64,000 nucleotides of DNA from Thermoanaerobaculia bacterium (GTDB lineage Bacteria; Acidobacteriota; Thermoanaerobaculia; UBA5066): positions 320,001-384,000 of the forward strand of contig CAWFJJ010000024.1 in assembly GCA_963816185.1 (NCBI GenBank). Direction: 5' to 3'. Positions within the stretch are counted from its first letter, which is position 1. Every line of letters starts with the position of its first letter. Below, piece by piece: positions 18,976 to 29,196 of this stretch. Below the pieces are notes generated by a model, which saw only the letters and a program-made list of their open reading frames with translations, was not told where the DNA came from and did not search any database. Position numbers and translations under genes: made by a program.

Positions 18976-21009
18976 ATGAGCCGGACCCATCGAGCGTTGA
19001 ACAATTGGATTGTGTTGGCTACGGTAATGGTGGTGGCAAGATACAGCAATACGTCGCAGGCTGCACCGCCAGTGGTGCCGGAGAGGGCATTACGCATCCA
19101 TGGCCCGTTCACAGTGGGCGCTGCGGACCTGAATCCGGCGAACGGTGGCGCTCCGACCAGCCCCAATGCCCCGAGGCCGTCGGGCGGCGGCACGCATCAC
19201 CATCCCGACGACGGGACCGGAGAGCCTCCCGGTCCTCAGACCCCTCCGGCGACGTCCGCGTTCGTCGATGTCGCGGGGTTGGGGGGCATCGACCCCGGGA
19301 TTGCGGCGGGTGACCGCTACGTCCTCGTCTGCGACAACGCGACCGGGCTGGCCTTCTACGACAAGACCGGGAAGCTGCTGGGTCCGAAGTCTCCCGGCTC
19401 CCCGTTTGCAAATCCCTTCTCGGTGTTCTCGCTGTTCTCTCAAGTAAAGGCGGACATCGACCCGCAGTTGAACTATCCCCCGGGTCTCCCACCCGGCTTC
19501 AACGTCGCCCACGGCAATGGCATCAGCGCCTATGGCGACGTCCGGGTGATGTTCGATCCATATCGCAAGCGGTTCTGGATCTACGCCATGGCGAAGAACG
19601 AGATCCCCACCGACTCGCCAAGTGTCATCAAGTTCCCGGCCATCAAGATGGCTCGGCGGGACAAGGCGGCCGTCGCGGTCTCGCTCACGGAGGACCCCCG
19701 GGACGGCTTCCTCACCTACTGGTGGAACAATACGGTTCACAACGGCGAGTCCAACGTGCCAGCGGGCGGCCCCGATCCGGTGTTCAAGACCTCGGGCGAG
19801 GGCGCCGACTATCCGAGCCTCGGGATCTCGCCCAAGTATTTCCTGGCGACGATCGGGGTGAACCGGAGGGATCCCACCTTCCAGACCAAAACGGACAAGC
19901 AGGTTAAAGCCTGGCTAGCCTGCCAGACCACATTCGTGGCGGACGGCCAGACCTTCGACTATTGCGGCCCGTTCTACATCCACATGATGGTAGTCGACGC
20001 CGAAGCCCTGGTCGGCGCATGCAAGGGCGGCAAGCCGGGCAAGCCATGCGCAGACGGGCGGTCGTTCGGGCTGTTCGTGAACGCCCGGAATTTCGTGACG
20101 GATCGGACCGACAGCGGGGACTTCTACACGAACATGGCGAGGGGCGTGAAGCCCGTCGTCATGCACGGTCTGCCGCCGACCGACCACGCAACAGACGCCT
20201 ATTTCGCGAACAACTTCATTGAGAGGGGCGGCGACCCGGCAACGAAGGCCAAGCTCGCGGACCTCAAGGCGAAGGTCAAGGATCTCCAGCGCCAGATTGC
20301 CGATGCCCCGCCCGCCCGGGCGGCCGACCTCTCGGCAAAGATCCTGGAGAAGGACGTCGAGATCCTCAAGCTGGAGAAGGAGCTCGGGCCGAAGTACTAC
20401 GTGGTCCTGTGGTCCCTCGAGGGAAACAGCCTGACCCCGGCCGCGTATCCGATCCGGCCTTTTGCGATCGACGGGTACAACGACTGGAAATTCGTCCTGA
20501 ACGCCTGCTTCAGGAAAGGGAACCTGTATGCCGCGTTCCAGGACTGCTTCCATGATCCCGATGGGAATTGTCTGCAGGCGATCCGAGCCATCCGCGTCAA
20601 CACCCTGAGCGGCAAGACGGAGGTCGACCGCACCTTCGGGCTGAACAATCCGATCGATGACAAGCCCACCGACCGCTTCTCCTACGAATTCCCTGCGATC
20701 GAGGCGAACAAGCACGGGGATATGGTGCTCGTCTACGCCCGCTCGTCCGCGACCCTCAAGAGGTCCCAGGAGGTACGTTTCAGCGTGTGGTACCACAATG
20801 AGTCGGATATCCGCCCCAGCCGGCTTCTCCATGCCGGCGAGGCGCCCTATTCGGCAACCGAATTCGGGAGAGGTACCGATACGGCAGGGATCAGCGTCGA
20901 CCCATCCGATGACGAGTCGATCTGGATTGCGCAGATCTTCGCGGCCAAGGAGGGGTCGGGGAATGGAACGAATCGGATCGCGTTCGGCAAGGTCTTCGGG
21001 ATGCCGTAA
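18976..21009 (+). CDS. Secreted hypothetical protein, probable beta-propeller with a coiled-coil insertion
   Basis: RBS GGAGG, signal-like N-terminus, motifs shared with the 37392-40013 protein. Confidence 0.7.
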   Translation: MSRTHRALNNWIVLATVMVVARYSNTSQAAPPVVPERALRIHGPFTVGAADLNPANGGAPTSPNAPRPSGGGTHHHPDDGTGEPPGPQTPPATSAFVDVAGLGGIDPGIAAGDRYVLVCDNATGLAFYDKTGKLLGPKSPGSPFANPFSVFSLFSQVKADIDPQLNYPPGLPPGFNVAHGNGISAYGDVRVMFDPYRKRFWIYAMAKNEIPTDSPSVIKFPAIKMARRDKAAVAVSLTEDPRDGFLTYWWNNTVHNGESNVPAGGPDPVFKTSGEGADYPSLGISPKYFLATIGVNRRDPTFQTKTDKQVKAWLACQTTFVADGQTFDYCGPFYIHMMVVDAEALVGACKGGKPGKPCADGRSFGLFVNARNFVTDRTDSGDFYTNMARGVKPVVMHGLPPTDHATDAYFANNFIERGGDPATKAKLADLKAKVKDLQRQIADAPPARAADLSAKILEKDVEILKLEKELGPKYYVVLWSLEGNSLTPAAYPIRPFAIDGYNDWKFVLNACFRKGNLYAAFQDCFHDPDGNCLQAIRAIRVNTLSGKTEVDRTFGLNNPIDDKPTDRFSYEFPAIEANKHGDMVLVYARSSATLKRSQEVRFSVWYHNESDIRPSRLLHAGEAPYSATEFGRGTDTAGISVDPSDDESIWIAQIFAAKEGSGNGTNRIAFGKVFGMP

Positions 21010-21061
21010 TGAATGTGTCCCATGCGGAACCCGCCAAGCGGCGGACTCCGCCGAGGCCGTC

Positions 21062-21940
21062 GTGACACGCGCACGTGTGCAACCCGTCCTGGTGACGGGA
21101 GCCACCGGCCGAGTCGGGCGCGCGGTGGTCGCCGAACTGCTGGGCATGGGCGTGCCGGTGCGCGCGCTCACGCGCCGACCGGCGACGGCAGGGCTGCCGG
21201 CGACCGTCGAGGTCGTGGCGGGCGACCTCACCGTGCCCGACTCGCTCGACTCGGTGCTGCAGGGCGTAGGTGCGGTCTTCCTCCTCTGGACCGCGCCGCC
21301 GGGCACCGCTCCTGCCGTCGTCGAGCGTCTCGCGTCGCACACGCGGCGCGTCGTCTTTCTCTCCTCGCCGCACCAGACACCGCACCCGTTCTTCCAGCAG
21401 CCGAACCCCATGGCTCGCTTCCACGCCGAAGTCGAGCGCCTGATCGCGGCCGCCGGACTCCAGTCGACGTTCATCCGGCCCGGGATGTTCGCATCGAACG
21501 CGCAGTTCTGGTGGGGGTCCGCGATCCGTGACGGCGACGTCGTCCGGTGGCCCTACGGCGCGGCCGAGACGGCACCGATCGACGAGCGCGACATCGCGGC
21601 CGTGGCGGCGCGCGCCCTGTTTGGGGACGGGCACACGGGCGGCGATTACGTCCTCACGGGCCCCGAGTCGCTGAGCCAGGCGGAGCAGGTGAGCGTGATC
21701 GGGGCCGCCCTCGGGCGCCGGATCCGGTTCGAGGAACTATCGCCCGAAGAGTTCCGGCGTGAGACGGCGGGTCGCTGGCCGGGTCCGGTCGTGGACATGC
21801 TGCTCGCCGCGTGGGGTGCGACGATCGGACGCCCGGCGTTCGTGACTTCCACCGTGTCCGACGTCGTCGGATCGCCGCCGCGGACTTTTCGCCAGTGGGT
21901 CGCCGATCACGCCGACGCGTTTCGGGGCCCCAGACCATGA
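21062..21940 (+). CDS. NmrA-like NAD(P)H-binding protein (atypical SDR)
   Basis: VLVTGATGRVG, VRALTR, FIRPGMF, PIDERDIA, LTGPESLS; start could be 21062 or 21077. Confidence 0.85.
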   Translation: MTRARVQPVLVTGATGRVGRAVVAELLGMGVPVRALTRRPATAGLPATVEVVAGDLTVPDSLDSVLQGVGAVFLLWTAPPGTAPAVVERLASHTRRVVFLSSPHQTPHPFFQQPNPMARFHAEVERLIAAAGLQSTFIRPGMFASNAQFWWGSAIRDGDVVRWPYGAAETAPIDERDIAAVAARALFGDGHTGGDYVLTGPESLSQAEQVSVIGAALGRRIRFEELSPEEFRRETAGRWPGPVVDMLLAAWGATIGRPAFVTSTVSDVVGSPPRTFRQWVADHADAFRGPRP

Positions 21941-21956
21941 CTCCCGGCTTGCGGGG

Positions 21957-22934
21957 ATGAACCGCATGAAGGCAATCGTCCGTCACGGCTACGGCCCACC
22001 GGACGTCCTCCGGTGCGAGGACGTCGAGAAGCCGGGCGCCGGGAACGACGAAGTCCTGATCCGGGTTCGCGCGGCCTCTCTCAATCCGCTCGACTGGCAT
22101 TACATGAGGGGCTCGCCGTACATCGTTCGCGCCATGACAGGACTGCGCGAACCAAAGGTCCCACGCCTCGGGGCGGACCTCGCCGGTCAGGTCGAGGCGG
22201 TCGGCAGGAGCGTGACGCGGTTCAAGCCGGGCGACGAGGTTTACGGCGCGGGCGCGGGCGCCTTCGCCGAGTACGCGTGTGCCCGCGAGAACAGAGTCGC
22301 GCCGAAACCCTCCAACCTCTCGTTCGAGCAGGCGGCGGCCGTGCCGGTGGCGGGGTGCACCGCCCTCCAGGCCCTTCGGGAAAAGGGGCGGATTCAGCCG
22401 GGGCAGAAGGTCTTGGTCAACGGCGCGGCGGGAGGCGTGGGGACGTTCGCCGTGCAGATCGCCGGGTCCTTCGGCGCGGACGTGACCGGAGTGTGCAGCA
22501 CGAGAAACGCCGACATGGTCCGATCCATCGGCGCGGGCCATGTCGTCGATTACACCCGCGAGGATTTCACCGAGGGCGACCGGCCATACGACCTGATTCT
22601 CGATTGCATGGGGAACCACCCCTTCTCGGCCTTGAGGCGCGCCATGAGTCCGGCGGGGATCTACGTCGTGGTCGGGGGGTCCGACACCGGATGGATGGGC
22701 GGCCTGGCCCTCGATCTCCTGAGGACCGCGCGGTCCCGGTTTATGAACCGGAAGTTCGTCGTGATGCTGGCGCGGGTCGACGGCGCGAGTCTCGCCGTTC
22801 TGACCGAGCTGATCGAGGCGAAGAAGGTCACACCCGTCATCGACAGGTCCTACGCGTTGAGCGAAGTCCCCGAAGGTATACGCTATCTGGAAGAGGGGCA
22901 CGCCCGGGGGAAAGTCGTCATCACCGTGACGTGA
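21957..22934 (+). CDS. NAD(P)-dependent medium-chain dehydrogenase / quinone oxidoreductase-like
   Basis: YGPPDVL, AASLNPLDW, VLVNGAAGGVGTFAVQIA, GHARGKVVI. Confidence 0.9.
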   Translation: MNRMKAIVRHGYGPPDVLRCEDVEKPGAGNDEVLIRVRAASLNPLDWHYMRGSPYIVRAMTGLREPKVPRLGADLAGQVEAVGRSVTRFKPGDEVYGAGAGAFAEYACARENRVAPKPSNLSFEQAAAVPVAGCTALQALREKGRIQPGQKVLVNGAAGGVGTFAVQIAGSFGADVTGVCSTRNADMVRSIGAGHVVDYTREDFTEGDRPYDLILDCMGNHPFSALRRAMSPAGIYVVVGGSDTGWMGGLALDLLRTARSRFMNRKFVVMLARVDGASLAVLTELIEAKKVTPVIDRSYALSEVPEGIRYLEEGHARGKVVITVT

Positions 22935-23055
22935 TCGGCAACCAAGGTTTCGCCGGGTTCGGCGCCCGTCTTGCTCGGTACGGGGAGCATCTGCTGGGCG
23001 GAATCGATCTCCGTGCGCTGGGCTATGCTGACCGGCAACGCTTCGGAGGGAATCG

Positions 23056-23442
23056 ATGCCACCGACACGCAAGAACGGCAAGATCTGCTATCTCGAGATT
23101 CCCGCGTTCGACGTTCATCGCTCGATCGACTTCTACCGAACGGTCTTCGGCTGGAAGATCAGGCAGCGCACGGACGGCCGCACGGCCTTCGACGACGCCG
23201 TCGGCGAAGTCAGCGGCACGTGGGTGACCGGCCGGCCACCCTCCCGGGAACCGGGTCTGCTTCTCTACGTCATGGTCGACAGCGTCGAAGCGACCGCCGA
23301 AGCGGTCATCGCGAACGGGGGCGAGATCGTGCAGCCGATCGGTGCGGACGCACCCGAGGTCACGGCCCGGTTTCGTGATCCTGCAGGCAACGTCATCGGT
23401 CTGTACCAGGAACCCGGCAAGTCGGCGTCGGAGGCACCGTGA
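23056..23442 (+). CDS. VOC/glyoxalase family protein
   Basis: ICYLEIPA, FYRTVFGW, ARFRDPAGNVIGLYQ; RBS GGAGG. Confidence 0.88.
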   Translation: MPPTRKNGKICYLEIPAFDVHRSIDFYRTVFGWKIRQRTDGRTAFDDAVGEVSGTWVTGRPPSREPGLLLYVMVDSVEATAEAVIANGGEIVQPIGADAPEVTARFRDPAGNVIGLYQEPGKSASEAP

Positions 23443-23786
23443 TCGTTCCGGCCGTGTTGGTTCATTGCGGCTTCGGTCTGCTCCTGACGGTGTTCTCGCT
23501 GCCTCTCGTGTTTCGTCTCGTCCCCATGAACCGCGCCTACGGCATCCGGATACCGGAGGCCTTCGGCTCCGACGCCCGCTGGTACGACATCAATGCTTAT
23601 GGTGGCCGCCTCTTCTTCGTCTACGGTGTCCTTTTGACAAGTCTCGGTTTCCTCGCCCGCGACCTCGCGCCCGCCAAGACCAGCCTCTGGTCCCCCGTCT
23701 TCATCGTCGGGCCGCTCCTCGTGGCGCTTGCCCTTCTCCCTCCCATCCGTTCTTACGCCCGCCGTCGCGTTCAGCAGGGGCCTTGA
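23439..23786 (+). CDS. SdpI-family membrane protein
   Basis: Three TM segments with MNRAYGIR...SDARWYDINAYGGR. Confidence 0.72.
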   Translation: MIVPAVLVHCGFGLLLTVFSLPLVFRLVPMNRAYGIRIPEAFGSDARWYDINAYGGRLFFVYGVLLTSLGFLARDLAPAKTSLWSPVFIVGPLLVALALLPPIRSYARRRVQQGP

Positions 23787-23802
23787 TACCGACTCCCTTC
23801 GG

Positions 23803-24396
23803 ATGAACGTCGCCTTCGGAATGAAAGCCCATTCGGGCTGGGCGGCCCTGATCGTCGTCGGAAAACGTGGCGGCGACGTCGCCGTGGTCGACCGGCGCCG
23901 CATCGAACTCGTGGACGAGGGGTGGGCCAGGCAGCCATATCACGCGGCCGAGAGCCTGAAGCCGGACGCGGCGCGGGATCTCGTGACGCGCGGCGTCGAG
24001 GCGGCGCACCGGATCGCAGTCAGGGAGATGCAGGCGGCCGTGAAGCGGGAGCGGGATCGCGGCAACGAGGTCAGGGCCTGCGCCGTGCTCGTCGTCGATC
24101 CCATGCCCGATTGGAGCGTCGAGGAGATCCTCGCTGTGCATTTCCGGATGCACAAAGCCGAAGGCGTCCTGTTTCGCGGGGCGCTGGCCGGCGCCGCCGA
24201 GGCGTGCAGGCTGACGTTGGTCGCGATCCCGGAGAAGCTCCTGATGAAGCATGCCGAGAAGGCGCTCGGGACTCCCGCGAGCGGCCTCGCGAAGAACCTC
24301 GCCGCGCTCGGCAAGGCCGTGGGCCCTCCCTGGGGGAAAGATCAGAAGGACGCCGCGCTTGCCGCCCTGGTCGCGCTACGGGGCCGCTCGAGATAA
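23803..24396 (+). CDS. Conserved-looking hypothetical protein
   Basis: MNVAFGMKAHSGWAALIVV...GPPWGKDQKDAALAA; host-like codon usage. Confidence 0.65.
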   Translation: MNVAFGMKAHSGWAALIVVGKRGGDVAVVDRRRIELVDEGWARQPYHAAESLKPDAARDLVTRGVEAAHRIAVREMQAAVKRERDRGNEVRACAVLVVDPMPDWSVEEILAVHFRMHKAEGVLFRGALAGAAEACRLTLVAIPEKLLMKHAEKALGTPASGLAKNLAALGKAVGPPWGKDQKDAALAALVALRGRSR

Positions 24397-24423
24397 CGGA
24401 ATTCGTCGCGGCGAAGCCCGCGT

Positions 24424-26152
24424 CTACCGCGTGCCCGGCTTGTCGCCGATGAGGACGTGAGGCTGGACGTAGCTCGTCAGCCGCGAGACCTCGTCCGTGA
24501 GCGCTGTGGAGAAGACCTGCGCGCCGGCGCGCACCTTGAGCGTCGCGACGTAGGTGAAGATCTTGCCGGCGATGGCGCCGAGCTCGGACTCTGGGATGTC
24601 GAGCGGCGCACGCTCGGTCATGACTTTCGAGACCTTGCCGTTGGGCGTCGCGGTGACCGCCGTGAAGAGGACAGCGCCCCTCGCTCGGCCGCCCTTCGGC
24701 ACGAGCGTGAGCTTGTCGAACGGGATCTTGAACTCGAGGGGTACGAGCCACAGCTTTCCCGACTTCTTCGGGGTCCCGATCTGGAGCGAGGCGCGGAGCG
24801 GGTTGACGACGTGCGGGATGTGGGCTCCCGAGAGCACCGCATCGGCGACCTTCTGCTCCGGCGTCCTCTCGATGACGTCCCGCCGCGTTCTCACGCGCGC
24901 GCCGGGCCGATCGACGGTGACCCTGAGCGACCTCGGCGCTCCGGGCTTCGTGTCGGGACTCTCGTAGCCGAGCGAGTAATACGCCGTCCAGTCCGCCTCG
25001 AGCCCTTTCAACGCGACCGCGAGATTGTTGCGGCCCTGAATCGTCGCCCCTCCGGTCTCCTCGGCGAGGAAGCCCATCGCGGTCTGCATGTCGAGCGAGC
25101 CGATGCCGCTGTCGATCCTTCCGCTGAAGCCTCCATTGGTTTCCGGGGAGAGCGAATCGTCGAATCCGAGGCCTGCCGCGTCGATCGTGACGATCGAGAC
25201 GCCGGCGACGTTCGCTGAGGACGCGATGTCCTTGAGCGCCTCGCTGCGATCCCACTGCGTCCAGACGAGATCGTTGACCGGCCCGCCCGCCATGGCGGAT
25301 CCGGGTGACCTCCTGCCGCTCGAACCCGCGTTTTGCATTCCATACTGGAGATAGTCGAAGAGGTCGCGCGCCGGGTGAGGGGTCAGGCGCTCGGTCACGA
25401 AAAAGAGCACCTTGCGACCTTCTACGCCTGCCAGGGAGGAAAGGGCGACGCGCACGGCTTCGGCCGTGGAGTCGAGATCCGCGGCTTGCGCGTCGGCCCA
25501 CGCCTTCACGGAAGTGATGGCCGAGTCGAGGAGCACCTGCTGGGTCCGCGGATCGGCGGAAAAGGCCTGATCGATCTCTCGAATCAGGAGGGTGCGCTCG
25601 CGGACAGGAACGCTGCCGAGCGTGGCTTCCTTCCCGAGCTCGGTCAGCATCGTACCGAGGAGGGGCACCTCGTTGATGAACGGCCCCCGGATGCGCAGCG
25701 ACCGGTCCCACGTCACGAGCTGGACTTCCACGTTCGGCCCGACCACGGTCGAGAGGTACTCCTTCAGGCTCGATCAGCGCACGATTCCGGTTGATCGAGG
25801 TGAGGTGGAGCTCGTCGAGAAAGACGATCAGGTGCGCGCGGGCGGCGGCGGGCGGGGCCGCCTCGACCGGCACGATCGTCGGTTCAGGCGTCTGCCCGTG
25901 CTCGAGCACCGGCGGAGGTGGAGGAAGAGGGTTGCGCACGAACGAGAAGTTCGTGATCGGCTGGACCTTTCCGTCCTGCCGAATCTCGAAGTCCGCCGCG
26001 GTGAGATCCGTAATGGGCTTTCCCGACGAGTCCGTCACGACGACGTCGACGTTCGTCACCGAGACGCTCACCGAACGCGAGACCGAGCCCGTCTGCGCGG
26101 CAAGAGGAAGTGCGAGGGCGATGGCGCCCGCGCAGGAAAAGGCTGATCTCAT
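24424..26152 (-). pseudogene. VWA-domain exported protein (acidobacterial VWFA-related type) with one frameshift near 25770
   Basis: N-terminal VTNVDVVVTDSSGKPITDLTAADFEI and IVFLDELHL in one frame; continues SLKEYLSTVVGP..., LAGVEGRKVLFFVT, LAEETGG, YYSLGY in another; true pseudogene or sequencing indel. Confidence 0.75.
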
Positions 26153-26162
26153 CTCCGCGAGG

Positions 26163-26615
26163 CTACCAGACGAGGCGGGCTCCCAGGCGAAGCTGGTAGG
26201 GCCGCCCGGACGCGTCGAGGGGCAGGAAGCTGCCCGCGGCGCGGGGGCGCGTTTCTCCGAGACCCTGGCTCGCGTCGGGCGGGATGGCCTTGAGGTGGAT
26301 CTCGTTCACCTCGATCGCGGCCTTCAGGTGCACCTGCCCCTCGGGCGTGGGATCGCCGAGCGTGAACAGCGAATCGGGATCGCCTGGCTCGTGAAGCAGG
26401 CGCTTCTCCTCGGGCAGCCCCGAGAGGTCGAGGACGGGGAGAGGAAGGAGCGTGAGGGAGAAGAGGCGGAATCGCTCGACGAGAGGCGGGCGCGGCGAAG
26501 GGGCTGGCGCATCTGGCGCGTTCGGGGGCGTCGACGGCGGCGTTGACGGCTCGGCCCCACCGGCCGCTGCCGCCGGGATCAGAGCGAAGACGAGGACCCA
26601 CGCGCGCCTCGACAT
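26163..26615 (-). CDS. Small exported hypothetical protein
   Basis: Signal peptide, Pro-rich linker, C-terminal YQLRLGARLVW strand. Confidence 0.5.
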   Translation of the reverse strand: MSRRAWVLVFALIPAAAAGGAEPSTPPSTPPNAPDAPAPSPRPPLVERFRLFSLTLLPLPVLDLSGLPEEKRLLHEPGDPDSLFTLGDPTPEGQVHLKAAIEVNEIHLKAIPPDASQGLGETRPRAAGSFLPLDASGRPYQLRLGARLVW

Positions 26616-26673
26616 GTCCCGATCGCAAATTATCCGCCCGATTCCGCCGGGCGGCTGGAATTTCGAGGGACCC

Positions 26674-27456
26674 TCAGTGGAGGTAGGAGCCGCCGTTCAG
26701 GGGAATGGCGATGCCGTTCGCGTACGAGCCGAGAGGAGACACGAGGTAAAGCACGGCGTTCGCGACGTCGACAGTCGAGGCGACGCGGCCGAGCGGGATC
26801 TGGGAGAGGACCTCGGCCGCCTGTGGGCCGTCCAGCGATTCGCGGACCGCCTCGGTGCGCACCCAGCCGGGGCAGATCGAGTTCGCCGTGATCCCATGCG
26901 GCCCCTCGTTGCGCGCGAGGCAGCGGGCGAGATTCACCAGGCCAGCCTTCGAGACGGCGTAGTCCGGATGGTCCGTTTCGGCCCGGAACGCCGAGCGCGA
27001 GGAGATCATCACGATTCGTCCCCAGCCCTTCTCGCGCATCGCGGGCAAGGCGAGGAAGCTCATGTGCGCGGCCGCCTCGAGGTTCACGGACATCGTCTCC
27101 CTCCACCGCGCGAGCCACGCTGCGTCGTCCGTCTCCTCGAACGGGTTCTTCCGGTAGAAGCCCGCGTTGTTCACGAGGATCGAAGGGGCGCCGAGCCCGG
27201 CGACGACCTCGCGGTAAAGCCGGCGCCTCTCGTCCTCCGACGCGACGTCGGCCTGAACGAGGAGCGGTGTCGCATGCCCGGCCGCGGTGATCGATGCGGC
27301 GACGGCACGCGCCGCATCGCGCGACTTCCCGTAGTGGAGCGCGACGTGCGCGTTCGCCGCCGCGAGCCGCCGCGCGATCGCCGCGCCGATGCCGCGCGAG
27401 GCGCCCGTCACGAGGGCGACCCGGCCCTCGAGGTCCACGGTCACGCCGGCCGTCAC
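26674..27456 (-). CDS. SDR family oxidoreductase (FabG-like)
   Basis: TGASRGIG, LVNNAG, YAVSK, ICPGWV. Confidence 0.92.
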   Translation of the reverse strand: MTAGVTVDLEGRVALVTGASRGIGAAIARRLAAANAHVALHYGKSRDAARAVAASITAAGHATPLLVQADVASEDERRRLYREVVAGLGAPSILVNNAGFYRKNPFEETDDAAWLARWRETMSVNLEAAAHMSFLALPAMREKGWGRIVMISSRSAFRAETDHPDYAVSKAGLVNLARCLARNEGPHGITANSICPGWVRTEAVRESLDGPQAAEVLSQIPLGRVASTVDVANAVLYLVSPLGSYANGIAIPLNGGSYLH

Positions 27457-28322
27457 GTCAGCAGGCCCTCGCGACGCTTGCGGGCGCGCACGAGCGCGCC
27501 GATTGCGCCGACGAACTCACCGTGAGGGAGGAAGCGAGCGCGGGCGCCGCCGACCGACGTCGCGAACGCGAGGATGTCCTTCAGGGCGACGTTGCGAAGG
27601 AGCGTGGATCCCGCGTACACGACGTCGAGAGGACCGAGCGTCGCCTCCTGCTTCGAGAGGGCCGCGGCGAGGAGCGCGACGTTCTCGCCGACGAGACCCG
27701 TGATTGCGTGCGCGATGTCGCGTGAGTCGCGGGAGGACACGCGGCCGAGGTTCGACGCCGTGAGGTCGCCTTGGAGCGGGATTTCGCCCGTCGCGTAGAG
27801 ATCCCGCACGAGAAGGTCGATGCGCCGCCGGTCCCCCTGGCCCGCGAGCGCCGTGAGCGCGTCGTGGTCGACCTGGCCGAGGAGGAGCTGTCCGAATCCG
27901 CGGAGGGTGCCGCCGCCGAGGCCGGTGCCGCCCGCACGGGCCACCTTGCCTTCCTGTCCGACGCGCAGGATCGAGGTTCCCGTTCCAAGGCTCACGAGCA
28001 GGTGGGGCATCGTCGGGACGAAGTCGGCCCGCGCCAGGAGAACGCGTTCGCCCTCGCCCCAGGCCTCGAACTCGTCCGTGAGCGCGATCTCTCTCGCGCT
28101 CCTGAAGGCATTTTGCAGGCGGCCCGAGCCTGCGCCCGTGGCCGCAAGAGAGGCGTTCGGGTGTCGGCCCAGAAAAGCCGAAAGCGCGGCCACGTCGCCG
28201 CTCGGGCACACGAGCGTCTGATACGTGCCGGGGTCGTCGAGCACCGCGCCTTCCGCCACGACGACGGCCTTCGCGAGCGTGGCGCCGACGTCGAGGCCCG
28301 CTTCTTCGCGATCGGGCGCCAT
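27453..28322 (-). CDS. coaW: Type II pantothenate kinase (fumble/CoaW-like)
   Basis: GLDVGATLAK, ATGAG, EFEAWGEG, LVSLGTGTSI, GGTGLGGGT, DLLVRDLY, TASNLG. Confidence 0.8.
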   Translation of the reverse strand: MAPDREEAGLDVGATLAKAVVVAEGAVLDDPGTYQTLVCPSGDVAALSAFLGRHPNASLAATGAGSGRLQNAFRSAREIALTDEFEAWGEGERVLLARADFVPTMPHLLVSLGTGTSILRVGQEGKVARAGGTGLGGGTLRGFGQLLLGQVDHDALTALAGQGDRRRIDLLVRDLYATGEIPLQGDLTASNLGRVSSRDSRDIAHAITGLVGENVALLAAALSKQEATLGPLDVVYAGSTLLRNVALKDILAFATSVGGARARFLPHGEFVGAIGALVRARKRREGLLT

Positions 28323-29155
28323 CAGGACTTTCGCGGCGCCGCCGCCGGCAGGTTCAGGGTTGAGAGGACGCGCGACGCGATCTCCGTGTAGCCGTTGGGA
28401 CCCGGGTGGAAACGGTCCGGCGAGAGGCGGTCCGGCCGCTCGTCGAAGAGGTCGGCGGTCGGCACGACGCTCGCGCCGGAGACCGAATAGCTCGCCTCCT
28501 CGAGGGCCACATTCCACTTCAGGAGCGTCTCTTTCGCCGTGCGCCTGTCGAAGGTCTCGGGGAACGGGTTGTAGAGGCCGAGGAGCCTGATGGGCGCGGA
28601 GCCGTTCGCTTTGCGGACGAGGAAAAGAATTCTGAGAAGGTTGATAGAAGAATCTTTGAGGGCCGTCGCGGTCGGGTCGGTGGCCGGCTCGCCCGCGCCC
28701 AGCGCCGCCGGGATCGAGTGACTCAGATCGTTGCCGGATATCGACATCAGGATGAGCTGAGCGCTCGCAAGGCGGTGCTGAACTTCCGGCTCTTCTACTT
28801 TTCTAAGCAAATCTTTCGTCTCTATTCCGTCTACTCCCAGATTCTCCACGATGACCGTACGTCCCTCTTTCCGCAGCGCCGCCGCGACGCGCTCCGGGTA
28901 TCCGCCGCTCCCCGCGGTATCGCCCGCGCCCCGCGTGAGAGAGTCGCCGAGCGCGACGATGTGGAAGGCACCCTCCGCCGTGGCGGGCGCCGCGAGGGGG
29001 GCCGGCGTCGGAACGGGAGTCGCGGAAGGATCGACCGGCTCGCCGAGGCGGCCCTGCAGCGCCGCGGTGAAGCCCGCGGCGAAGACGGCCGTGACCGCGA
29101 GACCGAGCGCGGCCGGGAGGAACCACAGGAGGAGGCGGCGGCCGGTGAGCGTCAC
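28322..29155 (-). CDS. GDSL/SGNH hydrolase, membrane anchored
   Basis: ALGDSLT, NLGVDG, ISGNDL, LYNPF, DRFHP; N-terminal TM. Confidence 0.88.
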   Translation of the reverse strand: MTLTGRRLLLWFLPAALGLAVTAVFAAGFTAALQGRLGEPVDPSATPVPTPAPLAAPATAEGAFHIVALGDSLTRGAGDTAGSGGYPERVAAALRKEGRTVIVENLGVDGIETKDLLRKVEEPEVQHRLASAQLILMSISGNDLSHSIPAALGAGEPATDPTATALKDSSINLLRILFLVRKANGSAPIRLLGLYNPFPETFDRRTAKETLLKWNVALEEASYSVSGASVVPTADLFDERPDRLSPDRFHPGPNGYTEIASRVLSTLNLPAAAPRKS

Positions 29156-29196
29156 GGGGGCGTATTGTGCCGGAACCAAGAACCGGTTCTTGACGC

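Noticed and set aside
21009-24396. Small accessory genes (VOC, SdpI, oxidoreductases) as further integron cassettes
   Set aside because: No RYYTAAC...GTTRRRY attC structure in the intergenic gaps; several genes overlap like an ordinary operon
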